In this document: positions 55,782 through 64,000 of the stretch, one piece after another | Numbering within the stretch: the first letter of the stretch is position 1 | Layout of the letters: every line of letters begins with the position of its first letter | Assembly: GCA_038320545.1 (NCBI GenBank) | Contig: JBBQEI010000013.1 | Coordinates: forward strand, 6,555 to 70,554 | DNA length: 64,000 nucleotides | Direction: 5' to 3' | DNA from: Bacteroidales bacterium | GTDB taxonomy: Bacteria > Bacteroidota > Bacteroidia > Bacteroidales > JAAUTT01 | Translations under genes and position numbers: made by a program | The notes under the pieces: generated by a model | Told to the model about the DNA's origin: nothing | What the model saw: only the letters and a program-made list of their open reading frames with translations | Databases searched by the model: none

Positions 55782-55917
55782 ACCAATGACAGATTGGGGT
55801 AACGCCTTCATATAATTATAATTAGCTCTTTTGAACGGCTCATAGTCAATCTAATGATACTATCTAACGAAATATGACCCGTGGCAATTTATAAAAGCTT
55901 GATTTTGCAATTTTTAT

Positions 55918-57066
55918 TTACTTAAAAACCCTCACATAATCTACCACCATCGTTTGTGGAAAAACAGTACTATTATCAGGTTTTCCGGGCCAATTGCCCC
56001 CAACAGCTAAATTCATGATAAAAAAGTTATTCTTGCTGAAAGCTTCTACAGGTTTGGTAAATTCATAATATTTTACATAATCAACATACCAAACTATTGA
56101 GTTTTCCTGCCACTCTATACTAAACACATGAAACTTTTGTGTAAAGTCGCCGGTTGTGAGAGAATAACTACCTCCCTGGTATTTATGACCTCCTTCATCG
56201 TAGTGGGCTGTTCCATACACTTTATTGGTTTCATGTCCTAAATATTCCATGATATCAATTTCGCCACAAGCGGGCCAGCTTACTGAATTTATATTTCCAC
56301 CCAGCATCCACAAAGCAGGCCATATTCCCTGACCTTTTGGTAGTTTTGCCCTTATATCTATGCGCCCGTAAGTAAATTCTTTTTTCCCAAGGGTAATTAT
56401 TCTACCTGAGGTATAACCTCCATTATTTTCTTGTATTGCTTTAATATTTAAAAAACCATTTTCTAAAAAAACATTATTTTCAGAATCGGTATAGTTCTGA
56501 AGTTCATTGTTTCCCCATCCGTGCGCACCTTTCTCATGTGTCCAGAAGTCGGTGTTTAAATGCGCATCGTTGAATTCATCACTCCAAACCAGAGTCATTC
56601 CGGGGTATGTTTGAGGCGTAATAACTCCATCTGCATCACTGGTTGGGGAATAAGTATCGTCGTTTTTTATATTTATGAATGCAGTTGTATTTTGTATTTT
56701 GGCATTTACTACATTTTCAACTTTAACCGAAAACTTTTTATTTAGCTCCATGTCTTCGTCCGGAATAATGAGAATATCAACTTGTTTGGAAAGTTCACCA
56801 GGAGCTATTGTTACTGCTAAACCTGAAACTGCCGTATAATCCTCACCTGCTTTTGCTGTTCCATCAACCGTTGAAACAGTGCAGCTAACTTCACTTTCTG
56901 CAGCTTTTGTTAAAGAGAGTGTTACTGAAGCTTTCACAGAACCCGAATTGCCTTCATAAACCTGAACCCCTGATATTGTTAGCTCAGGTGTAACAATTGT
57001 TTTTTCTTTTTTGCAAGCTGCATTTGTTATAACAGCTAAACATAACATTAACAATATGTTTCTCAT
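55918..57066 (-). CDS. Lipoprotein with an N-terminal Calx-beta domain and a glycoside hydrolase family 16 (beta-glucanase) domain
   Basis: Lipobox ITNAAC, DGTAKAGEDYTAVSG (Calx-beta), and the GH16 catalytic motif GEIDIMEY. Confidence 0.85.
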   Translation of the reverse strand: MRNILLMLCLAVITNAACKKEKTIVTPELTISGVQVYEGNSGSVKASVTLSLTKAAESEVSCTVSTVDGTAKAGEDYTAVSGLAVTIAPGELSKQVDILIIPDEDMELNKKFSVKVENVVNAKIQNTTAFINIKNDDTYSPTSDADGVITPQTYPGMTLVWSDEFNDAHLNTDFWTHEKGAHGWGNNELQNYTDSENNVFLENGFLNIKAIQENNGGYTSGRIITLGKKEFTYGRIDIRAKLPKGQGIWPALWMLGGNINSVSWPACGEIDIMEYLGHETNKVYGTAHYDEGGHKYQGGSYSLTTGDFTQKFHVFSIEWQENSIVWYVDYVKYYEFTKPVEAFSKNNFFIMNLAVGGNWPGKPDNSTVFPQTMVVDYVRVFK

Positions 57067-57160
57067 GGATTTTTAATAATTATTTTGAATGTAAAATAGT
57101 CATATTTTTTTGAAATCCATTTCTGAATACCCCATATCTGCGGTAACATAAAAAATGTAG

Positions 57161-57559
57161 TTATTCTCGATAGTTTTTGGTTACCAAAAATTTATTTTTC
57201 AAAAAATGCAAGATTAACATAAGCCAGGCGGCAAGAAAAGCAATTCCTCCAAGTGGAGTTATGGCTCCCAGCCATTTAACACCTGTTGTGCTTAAAATAT
57301 AAAGGCTCCCGGAGAAAAGAACAGTTCCGGTTATAAAAAGCCAACCTGCAATTTCCACTTTCCTGCCTGGACTCGAATTCATAATTAATCCTGTAAATAT
57401 CAGAGCCAAGGCATGATACATTTGGTAACGAACAGCGGTTTCAAAAACCTGGAGCATATCGATTTCTAAATGTTTTTTCAAAATGTGAGCTCCAAATGCG
57501 CCAGCAGCTACTGCGATAAAAGCTGAGAAAGATCCGGTAATGAGAAATTTGCGATTCAT
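57161..57559 (-). CDS. DUF423 family membrane protein
   Basis: AAGAFGAHILKKHL near the N-terminus and four TM helices. Start at MNRKFL. Confidence 0.7.
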   Translation of the reverse strand: MNRKFLITGSFSAFIAVAAGAFGAHILKKHLEIDMLQVFETAVRYQMYHALALIFTGLIMNSSPGRKVEIAGWLFITGTVLFSGSLYILSTTGVKWLGAITPLGGIAFLAAWLMLILHFLKNKFLVTKNYRE

Positions 57560-57670
57560 ATTGTCCTTTCCTATACTTAACAAAAGAATCTGAATTGGGT
57601 TTATTTAAACTCCAAAATAAAGATTTAAAAATCCCTATATATAGCGATTGTACAAAATATGCTTGCTAAC

Positions 57671-57678
57671 TAGATTTG
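57671..57678 (+). promoter_or_regulatory. Candidate -7 promoter box (TAGATTTG)
   Basis: TAnnTTTG match 23 nt upstream of the ATG at 57702, which begins a signal peptide. It lies inside the longer ORF-track model. Confidence 0.45.
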
Positions 57679-57701
57679 CTTCCGAAATCAAAAACTTAAT
57701 T

Positions 57702-58907
57702 ATGAAACATTTTTTATTATTATTAATCATTTTTGTGGGTGGATTTGTAGCGTATGGCCAACAAACTGACAGTGCCAAAAACTTATATCAGAACAGTGCC
57801 GAAAAATTGTTGGGAACCAATGGGAAACTTGTAATTGGCGGATACGGCGAAGTTCATTACAACCAGGCTTTTGATAATAATACCAGAAGTAATGGAATTT
57901 TAGATGTTCACCGAATGGTTATGCTTCTAGGTTATAACTTTAGCAGTAAAACTCAATTTATTTCCGAAATAGAATTCGAGCATGTTAGCGAGGTATTTAT
58001 TGAACAGGCATTTGTGCAACATAAGTTTAACAATTACTTTAATATCAGGGCAGGATTATTATTAATCCCTATGGGAATTGTTAACGAATATCACGAGCCA
58101 ACAACATTTAACGGAGTAGAACGACCAACCATCGACAACAGACTTTCCCCTACTACATGGAGAGAAATAGGAGTTGGATTTACCGGAAACATCATTGAGT
58201 CTTCCTTAAAATATCAGGCATATGTAGTGAATGGTTTTAATGGCTATAATGGAAAAGCAACTCTAAATGGTAAAAATGGTTTCCGCAGTGGACGACAAAA
58301 AGGGGCTGAATCGTACATCAGTTCACCAAATTTCAGTGGTAAAATTGAATATTATGGGTTTAGGAATTTAAACATTGGATTATCGGGTTATTTTGGAAAA
58401 AGCCAAAGTACCTTGTATAACGGATTGGATAAGAATGATCCAGTCGCTCAGGCAAAGGCCGATTCCTCTGCTGTCGGAATCGCAATGATTGGATTAGATT
58501 CGCGATATAATTCCGGAGGGCTTCAATTAAGAGCTCAACTATATTATACCGGTATTTCCAACAGTGAACAATATAATAAGTTCACCAGGGTAAATAATGT
58601 ACAGAATGATTTAGGAAGTGCTATGTTTGGCTATTATCTGGAGGCTGGATATAATATTCTAAAAGGAGTTGCCGGTACCAAACATGAATTAATTCCATTC
58701 TGCAGGTACGAATCGTTTAACACGCATCATTCGACCGAAGAAGGATTAGCTAAAAATAAATCCTACAATAGCGATGTGATCACTGCCGGTTTTACATTTA
58801 GCCTGGCGAAAGGAGCTGTTTTAAAAACTGATTTGCAATTTTTGAAAACAGAGGCGTCTAATGAGTATTCCAAAGTATTTAATGCTGGAATTGGAGTAAT
58901 GTTTTAA
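57702..58907 (+). CDS. Porin-like outer-membrane beta-barrel protein
   Basis: Signal peptide MKHFLLLLIIFVGGFVAYGQ, alternating aromatic/glycine strands, and a C-terminal GIGVMF. Confidence 0.6.
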   Translation: MKHFLLLLIIFVGGFVAYGQQTDSAKNLYQNSAEKLLGTNGKLVIGGYGEVHYNQAFDNNTRSNGILDVHRMVMLLGYNFSSKTQFISEIEFEHVSEVFIEQAFVQHKFNNYFNIRAGLLLIPMGIVNEYHEPTTFNGVERPTIDNRLSPTTWREIGVGFTGNIIESSLKYQAYVVNGFNGYNGKATLNGKNGFRSGRQKGAESYISSPNFSGKIEYYGFRNLNIGLSGYFGKSQSTLYNGLDKNDPVAQAKADSSAVGIAMIGLDSRYNSGGLQLRAQLYYTGISNSEQYNKFTRVNNVQNDLGSAMFGYYLEAGYNILKGVAGTKHELIPFCRYESFNTHHSTEEGLAKNKSYNSDVITAGFTFSLAKGAVLKTDLQFLKTEASNEYSKVFNAGIGVMF

Positions 58908-58916
58908 TCGGATAAA

Positions 58917-59501
58917 ATGTTGAGAATTATACTGGTAATCATCATAAGTTTAAAATTCGGTATTTGTTTGAACGCTCAAACAAATATCGAATTTTACCCG
59001 AAAATGCTTCAGAATGAATTATTTGGCAAAATTGGCCAAAATGCCAAATTGATTGAACTTAAGATTGATGAATTGTCTCTAGACCAAATATATTTGGGTA
59101 AATACTTTAAAGTTTCGTCAATTTCCCCTGATTCAAATTTGAAGTATGTATATGTTGGAAGGGTAAAAACTTGTCGTGCCGGTGGATGTTCAATAAAGGC
59201 TAACCCTCAAAATGATACGGAAAGTGAATATTTCGATTATTTTATTCTTTATGATGCTTCAATTGCTGTGCAACTTGTAAAAATATTTAACTATCATGCA
59301 ACTCACGGTCATGAAGTTTCAGCCAAAAACTGGTTAAAACAATTTAAAGGATATAAAGGCGATACTGATCTGATTCCAGGGAAAAATGTGGATGCCATTT
59401 CGGGTGCAACCATTTCGGTAGATGCATTAACATTTGACATCTATCATAAAACGGGAATTTTGGTAGAAACATTGAATTGTAAAACTGCCAAAAACCTTTG
59501 A
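58917..59501 (+). CDS. Secreted FMN-binding-domain protein with a flavinylation motif
   Basis: Signal peptide. DAISGATIS (59391-59417) fits the D-[AG]-x-[ST]-G-A-[TS] site that ApbE-type flavin transferases modify on the final Thr (codon 59409-59411). Confidence 0.7.
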   Translation: MLRIILVIIISLKFGICLNAQTNIEFYPKMLQNELFGKIGQNAKLIELKIDELSLDQIYLGKYFKVSSISPDSNLKYVYVGRVKTCRAGGCSIKANPQNDTESEYFDYFILYDASIAVQLVKIFNYHATHGHEVSAKNWLKQFKGYKGDTDLIPGKNVDAISGATISVDALTFDIYHKTGILVETLNCKTAKNL

Positions 59502-59512
59502 AATGATTGATT

Positions 59513-60019
59513 CTAATTGCTTTTTACAGCCATTTGTTCAAGAGTTTCGCTCAAAACCAATCCATATCTTAGAATATTACTTTTCTTGATTTCAAATTTT
59601 ATAACCCCATTTCGAATAACAAAATTAATGGCAGCACCACTTTCTATTAAACCGTCCTTTTCAGTGATAATCAAAGTGTTTGCATTTTTAATTTTATCAA
59701 GGACTTTGGCAAGGTCTTTACTCTGCCAAAACCCTACAAATAATATCTGACTATTTGTTATTTTATCTATTGTTTCTAAAAACCGGACATTGATATTCCT
59801 GTTTCCAACTTTACGGCCTGAGGTCATTTCTTTAAGTTTATCGTAAACCGATTTATGACCAATGATATCTATATAAAAATCCTTCGATGCTTCTTCAGGT
59901 GGCCAATCAATATAGCGGGTAAAATTATAAATAGCAATAGCAATGGTATTCTCCTCCTGAGCCCTTAACCAACCTGAGCATGACAGCAGCGTAATTATTA
60001 ATATTAAAATTCTTTTCAT
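59513..60019 (-). CDS. YfiR-family (DUF4154) periplasmic protein
   Basis: 168 aa with a signal peptide, IYNFTRYIDWP, an ILFVG block, and LIITEKDGLIESGAAINFVIRNGVIKFEI. Confidence 0.8.
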   Translation of the reverse strand: MKRILILIITLLSCSGWLRAQEENTIAIAIYNFTRYIDWPPEEASKDFYIDIIGHKSVYDKLKEMTSGRKVGNRNINVRFLETIDKITNSQILFVGFWQSKDLAKVLDKIKNANTLIITEKDGLIESGAAINFVIRNGVIKFEIKKSNILRYGLVLSETLEQMAVKSN

Positions 60020-60042
60020 AGCTAACCCTTTAATTCCCGAAG

Positions 60043-61806
60043 TTAATCTTCTATTGAGAAACGCAACACTTGTGATGATTTATTTTTCAAAACATCAAAA
60101 GCATTAATCTCAATTTCATAATTACCTGGAACAAGTCCTTTTACTGGGATTATCGATGTGACAGCCTTACCATTAATTTTGTATTCGATATGTTCTCCGC
60201 CGGTGGCATTGTCTGTTGCTGCAATATACAGCATTGCATTCGAAGGATATATCTGGTACGTTTCACCGCGTACAGTTTTTTCACCAATAGCTTTTACACT
60301 GAAATTATATATAATCTGAGGTGCAATATTATCAACTATAAAAATGTTTTTCTTTAGGTTTTCTGAATTGTTCACATTATCAACAGCATTATATTCTAAA
60401 AAGTGAAAGCCGTCTTTTTCTATATGAAAAGGTGAGGTATATAATTCTTTAACACCATCGGCTATATACTCAATTTTCTGAATGCCCGATCCGGTTTCAA
60501 TGCAATGAATTGTAATCTTTGTATCTTTCGTAATAAACAGAGTATCGCGATTGAAAAATTGTTTTCCAACAAAACTTATTGACGATTTAGGAACACTTTT
60601 ATCAACAAAAACCTGCTGTATTTGAGCCAATGCATAATTTCCAACGTTATCGGATGCAGCATAGCTAATGTTTTCTATGCCTTCTCCTGTCACTGCAAAT
60701 GGTTCAGCATATGATTTGGTGGGCGATGGATTATTCTGTGAATACGAGATTTTATCAACTCCCGATTTTTCATCGGTTGCATTTATCTGGAATTTGCTTC
60801 TTTCGGATATAAATAAATTTTTTCCTTTAAAAACATCTCCAACAATTTCGAAACTTACTGATGGTGCTTCTTTATCAATATAAAAGCTGTAGGAAGAAGC
60901 ACCACTATTCTCTTCAGGTTTTGCTGTTGAGGTTGATATAACTTTTACATCTTCGATGTTTCCAACATTATCAATGGCATAATATGTAAGTTTTGTATCA
61001 CCGTCCTTAAAAACTGACAATGGAATGGGGGTAACATAAATTTTTTCAGTGCCATCGTTAATGGAGTATTTAATCTGGCTTACGCCTGAGAGCGTATCAA
61101 TACTTATAAGCTTTATCGAGGCTTTCGACGATAATACTTTTCCCTTGTTCTCGCCAATTATACTAAGAGTGGTTTTAGGAGCAGTAAAATCAGTACTGAA
61201 ACTGATGGAATTTGCTTTTTCCATATTTCCAACATGATCAACAGAATAATACTGAATGTAATATGCCTTTTCTTCCTCAAGGAAGTTGATGTTCTGAGAT
61301 TTTTCCTTGTATGGCAATTGGTTAATCGCTACATATGTGGCTTCCACCCCCGAAACAGCATCATTTGCAGGAAAATTAACCTGAATATTTTTTCCGTAAT
61401 AAGTAACTTTATTATTGATAAATTTTTTTGTATTGCTTATAATCACTTTTGTAACGGGCGAAGAGCCATCGGCATAAACTTCAAAAAGCACATCCCGCTT
61501 TGGTTCAATTACCTTTTTAGTGGAAGTGTCTACTGCTGAAGGTGAGTGCAGTGTATTGATTCCTTCTGTATCGAAGTACATAGGATTACTGTATTTTGCA
61601 GATATTTCACTGTGAAGCAAATAGGAAGGGGCATTAGCTTCAGGAGAAGTTGCAACTCGAAAATATACCGGAGATACCTTATTGAAAAATATTTTTCCCT
61701 CCGGACTAACAAAAACCTTTTTTTCATGATTTAATTGATCCTGAGATTTAGAGGTAATGGTCGTAATGACTATAAGAAAACTTAAAATGAGGCTGTGTTT
61801 TAACAT
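60043..61806 (-). CDS. Exported protein made of repeated Ig-like (OmpL47 / chitobiase-C-type) domains
   Basis: Start at MLKHSLILSFLIVITTITSKSQ. There are five or six repeats of the pattern SG[VI]..I.Y..........Y..P......G...I.Y.A.DNVGN.E. Confidence 0.55.
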   Translation of the reverse strand: MLKHSLILSFLIVITTITSKSQDQLNHEKKVFVSPEGKIFFNKVSPVYFRVATSPEANAPSYLLHSEISAKYSNPMYFDTEGINTLHSPSAVDTSTKKVIEPKRDVLFEVYADGSSPVTKVIISNTKKFINNKVTYYGKNIQVNFPANDAVSGVEATYVAINQLPYKEKSQNINFLEEEKAYYIQYYSVDHVGNMEKANSISFSTDFTAPKTTLSIIGENKGKVLSSKASIKLISIDTLSGVSQIKYSINDGTEKIYVTPIPLSVFKDGDTKLTYYAIDNVGNIEDVKVISTSTAKPEENSGASSYSFYIDKEAPSVSFEIVGDVFKGKNLFISERSKFQINATDEKSGVDKISYSQNNPSPTKSYAEPFAVTGEGIENISYAASDNVGNYALAQIQQVFVDKSVPKSSISFVGKQFFNRDTLFITKDTKITIHCIETGSGIQKIEYIADGVKELYTSPFHIEKDGFHFLEYNAVDNVNNSENLKKNIFIVDNIAPQIIYNFSVKAIGEKTVRGETYQIYPSNAMLYIAATDNATGGEHIEYKINGKAVTSIIPVKGLVPGNYEIEINAFDVLKNKSSQVLRFSIED

Positions 61807-62135
61807 GGTTTTGTTGCAATTAGTTGGATGTAATTTAAAAATGTTTGATAAAAATAAATTATCTAACGAAACAAATTTTAAAAAGTTAGTCTTTTTTGAC
61901 AAACAGTTAAAAAATTGTAAGCGTTTAAGTAACGCAATATAATTAATTTATTAATGAAATATATATGATTCAATTATTTAAATGTGATATTTATTACAGT
62001 TCTGATAAATGTTTGGAAATGCTAACCTGGATAATTCATAAACCTGATAATAACCTCACTCCCAGCCGCTTTCCTGAAAGAGAGGGGTGCGAGATTGTAG
62101 GGTTTTTAAAGGAGGCTGTGTAAAAAAGTGGGAAT

Positions 62136-62232
62136 GGCTTCGACTAAGCTCAGCCTGACCGCTGTAAGTAAGATTGTTGTCATATTGAGCGGACCTCACC
62201 CTAAAGAAGCTGAATAATTTAGGCTAAACCGA
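62136..62232 (+). repeat. Diverged copy of the dispersed hairpin repeat
   Basis: GGCTTCGACTAAGCTCAGCCTGAC...TTGAGCGGACCTC...AATAATTTAGGCTAAACCGA is colinear with 42064-42157. Confidence 0.55.
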
Positions 62233-62318
62233 TGTTTTGGTTTTAACTGCTTATCCCTTTCAAGCAAGTTGCTTTCTGGAAACTAATTAAAAGTTAACCA
62301 AAGTCCGACAAAAGATAA

Positions 62319-62359
62319 GATTCCTCATTTCATTCGGAATGAAATGAGGAATCTTTATT
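62319..62359. other. Strong orphan stem-loop (17-bp perfect stem) flanked by A-rich and T-rich runs
   Basis: GATTCCTCATTTCATTC-G-GAATGAAATGAGGAATC followed by TTTATT. It lies between two divergently transcribed genes, so it terminates no annotated ORF. Confidence 0.6.
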
Positions 62360-62432
62360 AATAACAACACTTACTGAAGATAAGCAGTTTGGTTTAATAC
62401 AAATATTTTTATGATTAATCCACTCATCATGC

Positions 62433-62440
62433 TATTTTTG
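62433..62440 (+). promoter_or_regulatory. Candidate -7 promoter box (TATTTTTG) for gltX
   Basis: TAnnTTTG match 18 nt upstream of the ATG at 62458. Confidence 0.5.
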
Positions 62441-62457
62441 CAGAAAATTTAAAATAT

Positions 62458-63987
62458 ATGACGAATCGAAAAGTTCGGGTAAGGTTTGCTCCGAGTCCTA
62501 CTGGACCTCTCCATATTGGAGGAGTTCGTACAGCACTATATAATTATCTCTTTGCCCGTAAACATGGAGGAACGTTTATTCTCCGCATTGAAGATACCGA
62601 TCAAAACCGCTTTGTTACCGGTGCCGAACAATATATTATGAATTCGTTGAAATGGAGTGGGATAAATGTAGATGAAGGAATAGAAGAAGGTGGCGAATAC
62701 GGTCCCTACCGGCAAAGCGACCGCAAACACCTGTATCGTAAATATGCAGATGAGCTTGTAGTTAAAGGATTTGCATATTATGCCTTTGATACTCCCGACC
62801 ATCTGGAATCACTTCGCAAAAGGCTGGAAGAAGAAAAGGCTTCAAATACTGCTTATTCTCCTTCAACACGCGCAGGTATGAAAAATTCTTTATCATTATC
62901 CGATGCTGAAACCAAAGAGCTGCTTTCTTCTGGAACGCCTTATGTAATCAGGTTCAAAATGCCTGAAAATGATGAAGTAATTGCAAATGATCTTATCCGG
63001 GGAGAGGTTCGTGTTAATACTGCCACCCTCGACGATAAAGTCCTTTTTAAATCGGATGGTATGCCCACATATCATTTAGCAAATGTGGTTGACGATTATC
63101 TTATGAACATTTCGCATGTAATACGCGGCGAAGAATGGCTTCCGTCTATGCCGCTGCATGTTTTATTATACCGGAGTTTCGGATGGGAAGAGGTAATGCC
63201 TCAATTTGCTCATTTGCCACTTTTACTAAAACCCGATGGTAAAGGTAAATTAAGTAAAAGAGATGGTGACAGACTTGGATTTCCTGTTTTTCCTTTACAA
63301 TGGACAGATCCTTCTACCGGAGAAGTATCTTCAGGTTACAAGGAGTCGGGTTATATTCCTCAGGCATTTATCAATATTCTCGTTTTTCTTGGCTGGAACC
63401 CCGGCACTGAACAGGAAATATTTACCATGCAGGAACTTATAGATGCTTTTTCTATTGAGCATGTACATAAAGCTGGAGCAAAATTCGACTTTGAAAAAGC
63501 CAAGTGGTTCAACCATCAATATCTTATTAAACTATCCGATGCTGAACTTGCGCAATTGTTCCTACCTGTTTTACAGGAAAAAGGAGTTCAGGCTGAAATG
63601 ATACGGGTTGAAAAAGTTTGTTCCATGATGAAGGAAAGAGTAAATTTTGTGAATGAAATCTGGGATCAGGCATCATTTTTCTTTGTAGCTCCCGATGTGT
63701 ACGATGCAGAAGTAATAAAGAAACGGTGGAAACCTGAAGTTCCTTCCATATTGAATGAAATTGTCCTGATTTTTAATGAGCTTGACGATTTTACTTCTGC
63801 AGCAATACACGAATCGTTGCATAATTTCCTTGAAAGTAAACAATATAACTTCGGCCAGGTAATGAATTGCCTTCGTTTGGCTATGGTAGGCACATCGAAA
63901 GGGCCGGATTTGCCTGTTATCATGGAATATTTAGGTAAAAAAGAAGTTATTTTCCGCATCGAAAAAGCAGTCAAATTGATTTTGTAA
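62458..63987 (+). CDS. gltX: Glutamate--tRNA ligase
   Basis: RFAPSPTGPLHIGGVRTALYNY (HIGH motif), KLSKR (KMSKS motif) and full-length GluRS architecture. Confidence 0.97.
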   Translation: MTNRKVRVRFAPSPTGPLHIGGVRTALYNYLFARKHGGTFILRIEDTDQNRFVTGAEQYIMNSLKWSGINVDEGIEEGGEYGPYRQSDRKHLYRKYADELVVKGFAYYAFDTPDHLESLRKRLEEEKASNTAYSPSTRAGMKNSLSLSDAETKELLSSGTPYVIRFKMPENDEVIANDLIRGEVRVNTATLDDKVLFKSDGMPTYHLANVVDDYLMNISHVIRGEEWLPSMPLHVLLYRSFGWEEVMPQFAHLPLLLKPDGKGKLSKRDGDRLGFPVFPLQWTDPSTGEVSSGYKESGYIPQAFINILVFLGWNPGTEQEIFTMQELIDAFSIEHVHKAGAKFDFEKAKWFNHQYLIKLSDAELAQLFLPVLQEKGVQAEMIRVEKVCSMMKERVNFVNEIWDQASFFFVAPDVYDAEVIKKRWKPEVPSILNEIVLIFNELDDFTSAAIHESLHNFLESKQYNFGQVMNCLRLAMVGTSKGPDLPVIMEYLGKKEVIFRIEKAVKLIL

Positions 63988-64000
63988 CCGTATATAAAGG

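Noticed and set aside
55598-55786. 62-aa ORF on the minus strand
   Set aside because: It is generated by reading through the palindromic dispersed repeat (..FDSALGD..) and the duplicated TATAAACCGAAAAA words, so it is an artefact of the repeat.

Overview
This is a low-GC chromosomal segment that looks Bacteroidota-like. That origin is an inference from TAnnTTTG -7 boxes ahead of many genes, an F-type ATPase operon lacking atpD/atpC, and many DUF families typical of that phylum. I recognise about 50 protein genes and no rRNA, tRNA, CRISPR array, transposase or integrase. Housekeeping blocks are typA; yceD-rpmF-plsX-fabH; bactofilin-atpZ-orf-atpBEFHAG; yciH; carA; and gltX. Surface-polysaccharide genes lie at the left end (WecA/WbpL-like, Wzi-like, GT4, WbpM/CapD-like) and are split by a 1362-aa SNF2 helicase and a Uma2 nuclease. 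Much of the rest encodes exported or outer-membrane proteins. Three coding regions stand out. (i) At 41.2-47.4 kb, a degenerate-Nudix regulator of the NrtR/AraR type sits next to an acyltransferase, a GalU-like enzyme and a 1110-aa fusion of a fucokinase-like GHMP domain (eroded ATP loop) with a UDPGP-type pyrophosphorylase. (ii) At 57.7-59.5 kb, a porin-like barrel is paired with a secreted protein carrying a canonical flavinylation motif. (iii) At 47.5-54.8 kb, a TPR/MORN giant precedes a transglutaminase-like paralog pair in which one member has lost all three catalytic residues. Four non-coding features stand out: a 545-bp element with perfect 18-bp terminal inverted repeats carrying two structured ~136-nt units with a compensatory indel (29.1-29.7 kb); a dispersed CTTCGACTCCGCTCAG hairpin family; phased 7-8-nt low-complexity tracts at gene ends; and a decayed locus at 39.5-41.1 kb. 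All functional calls come from motif recognition by eye, because no database search could be run.
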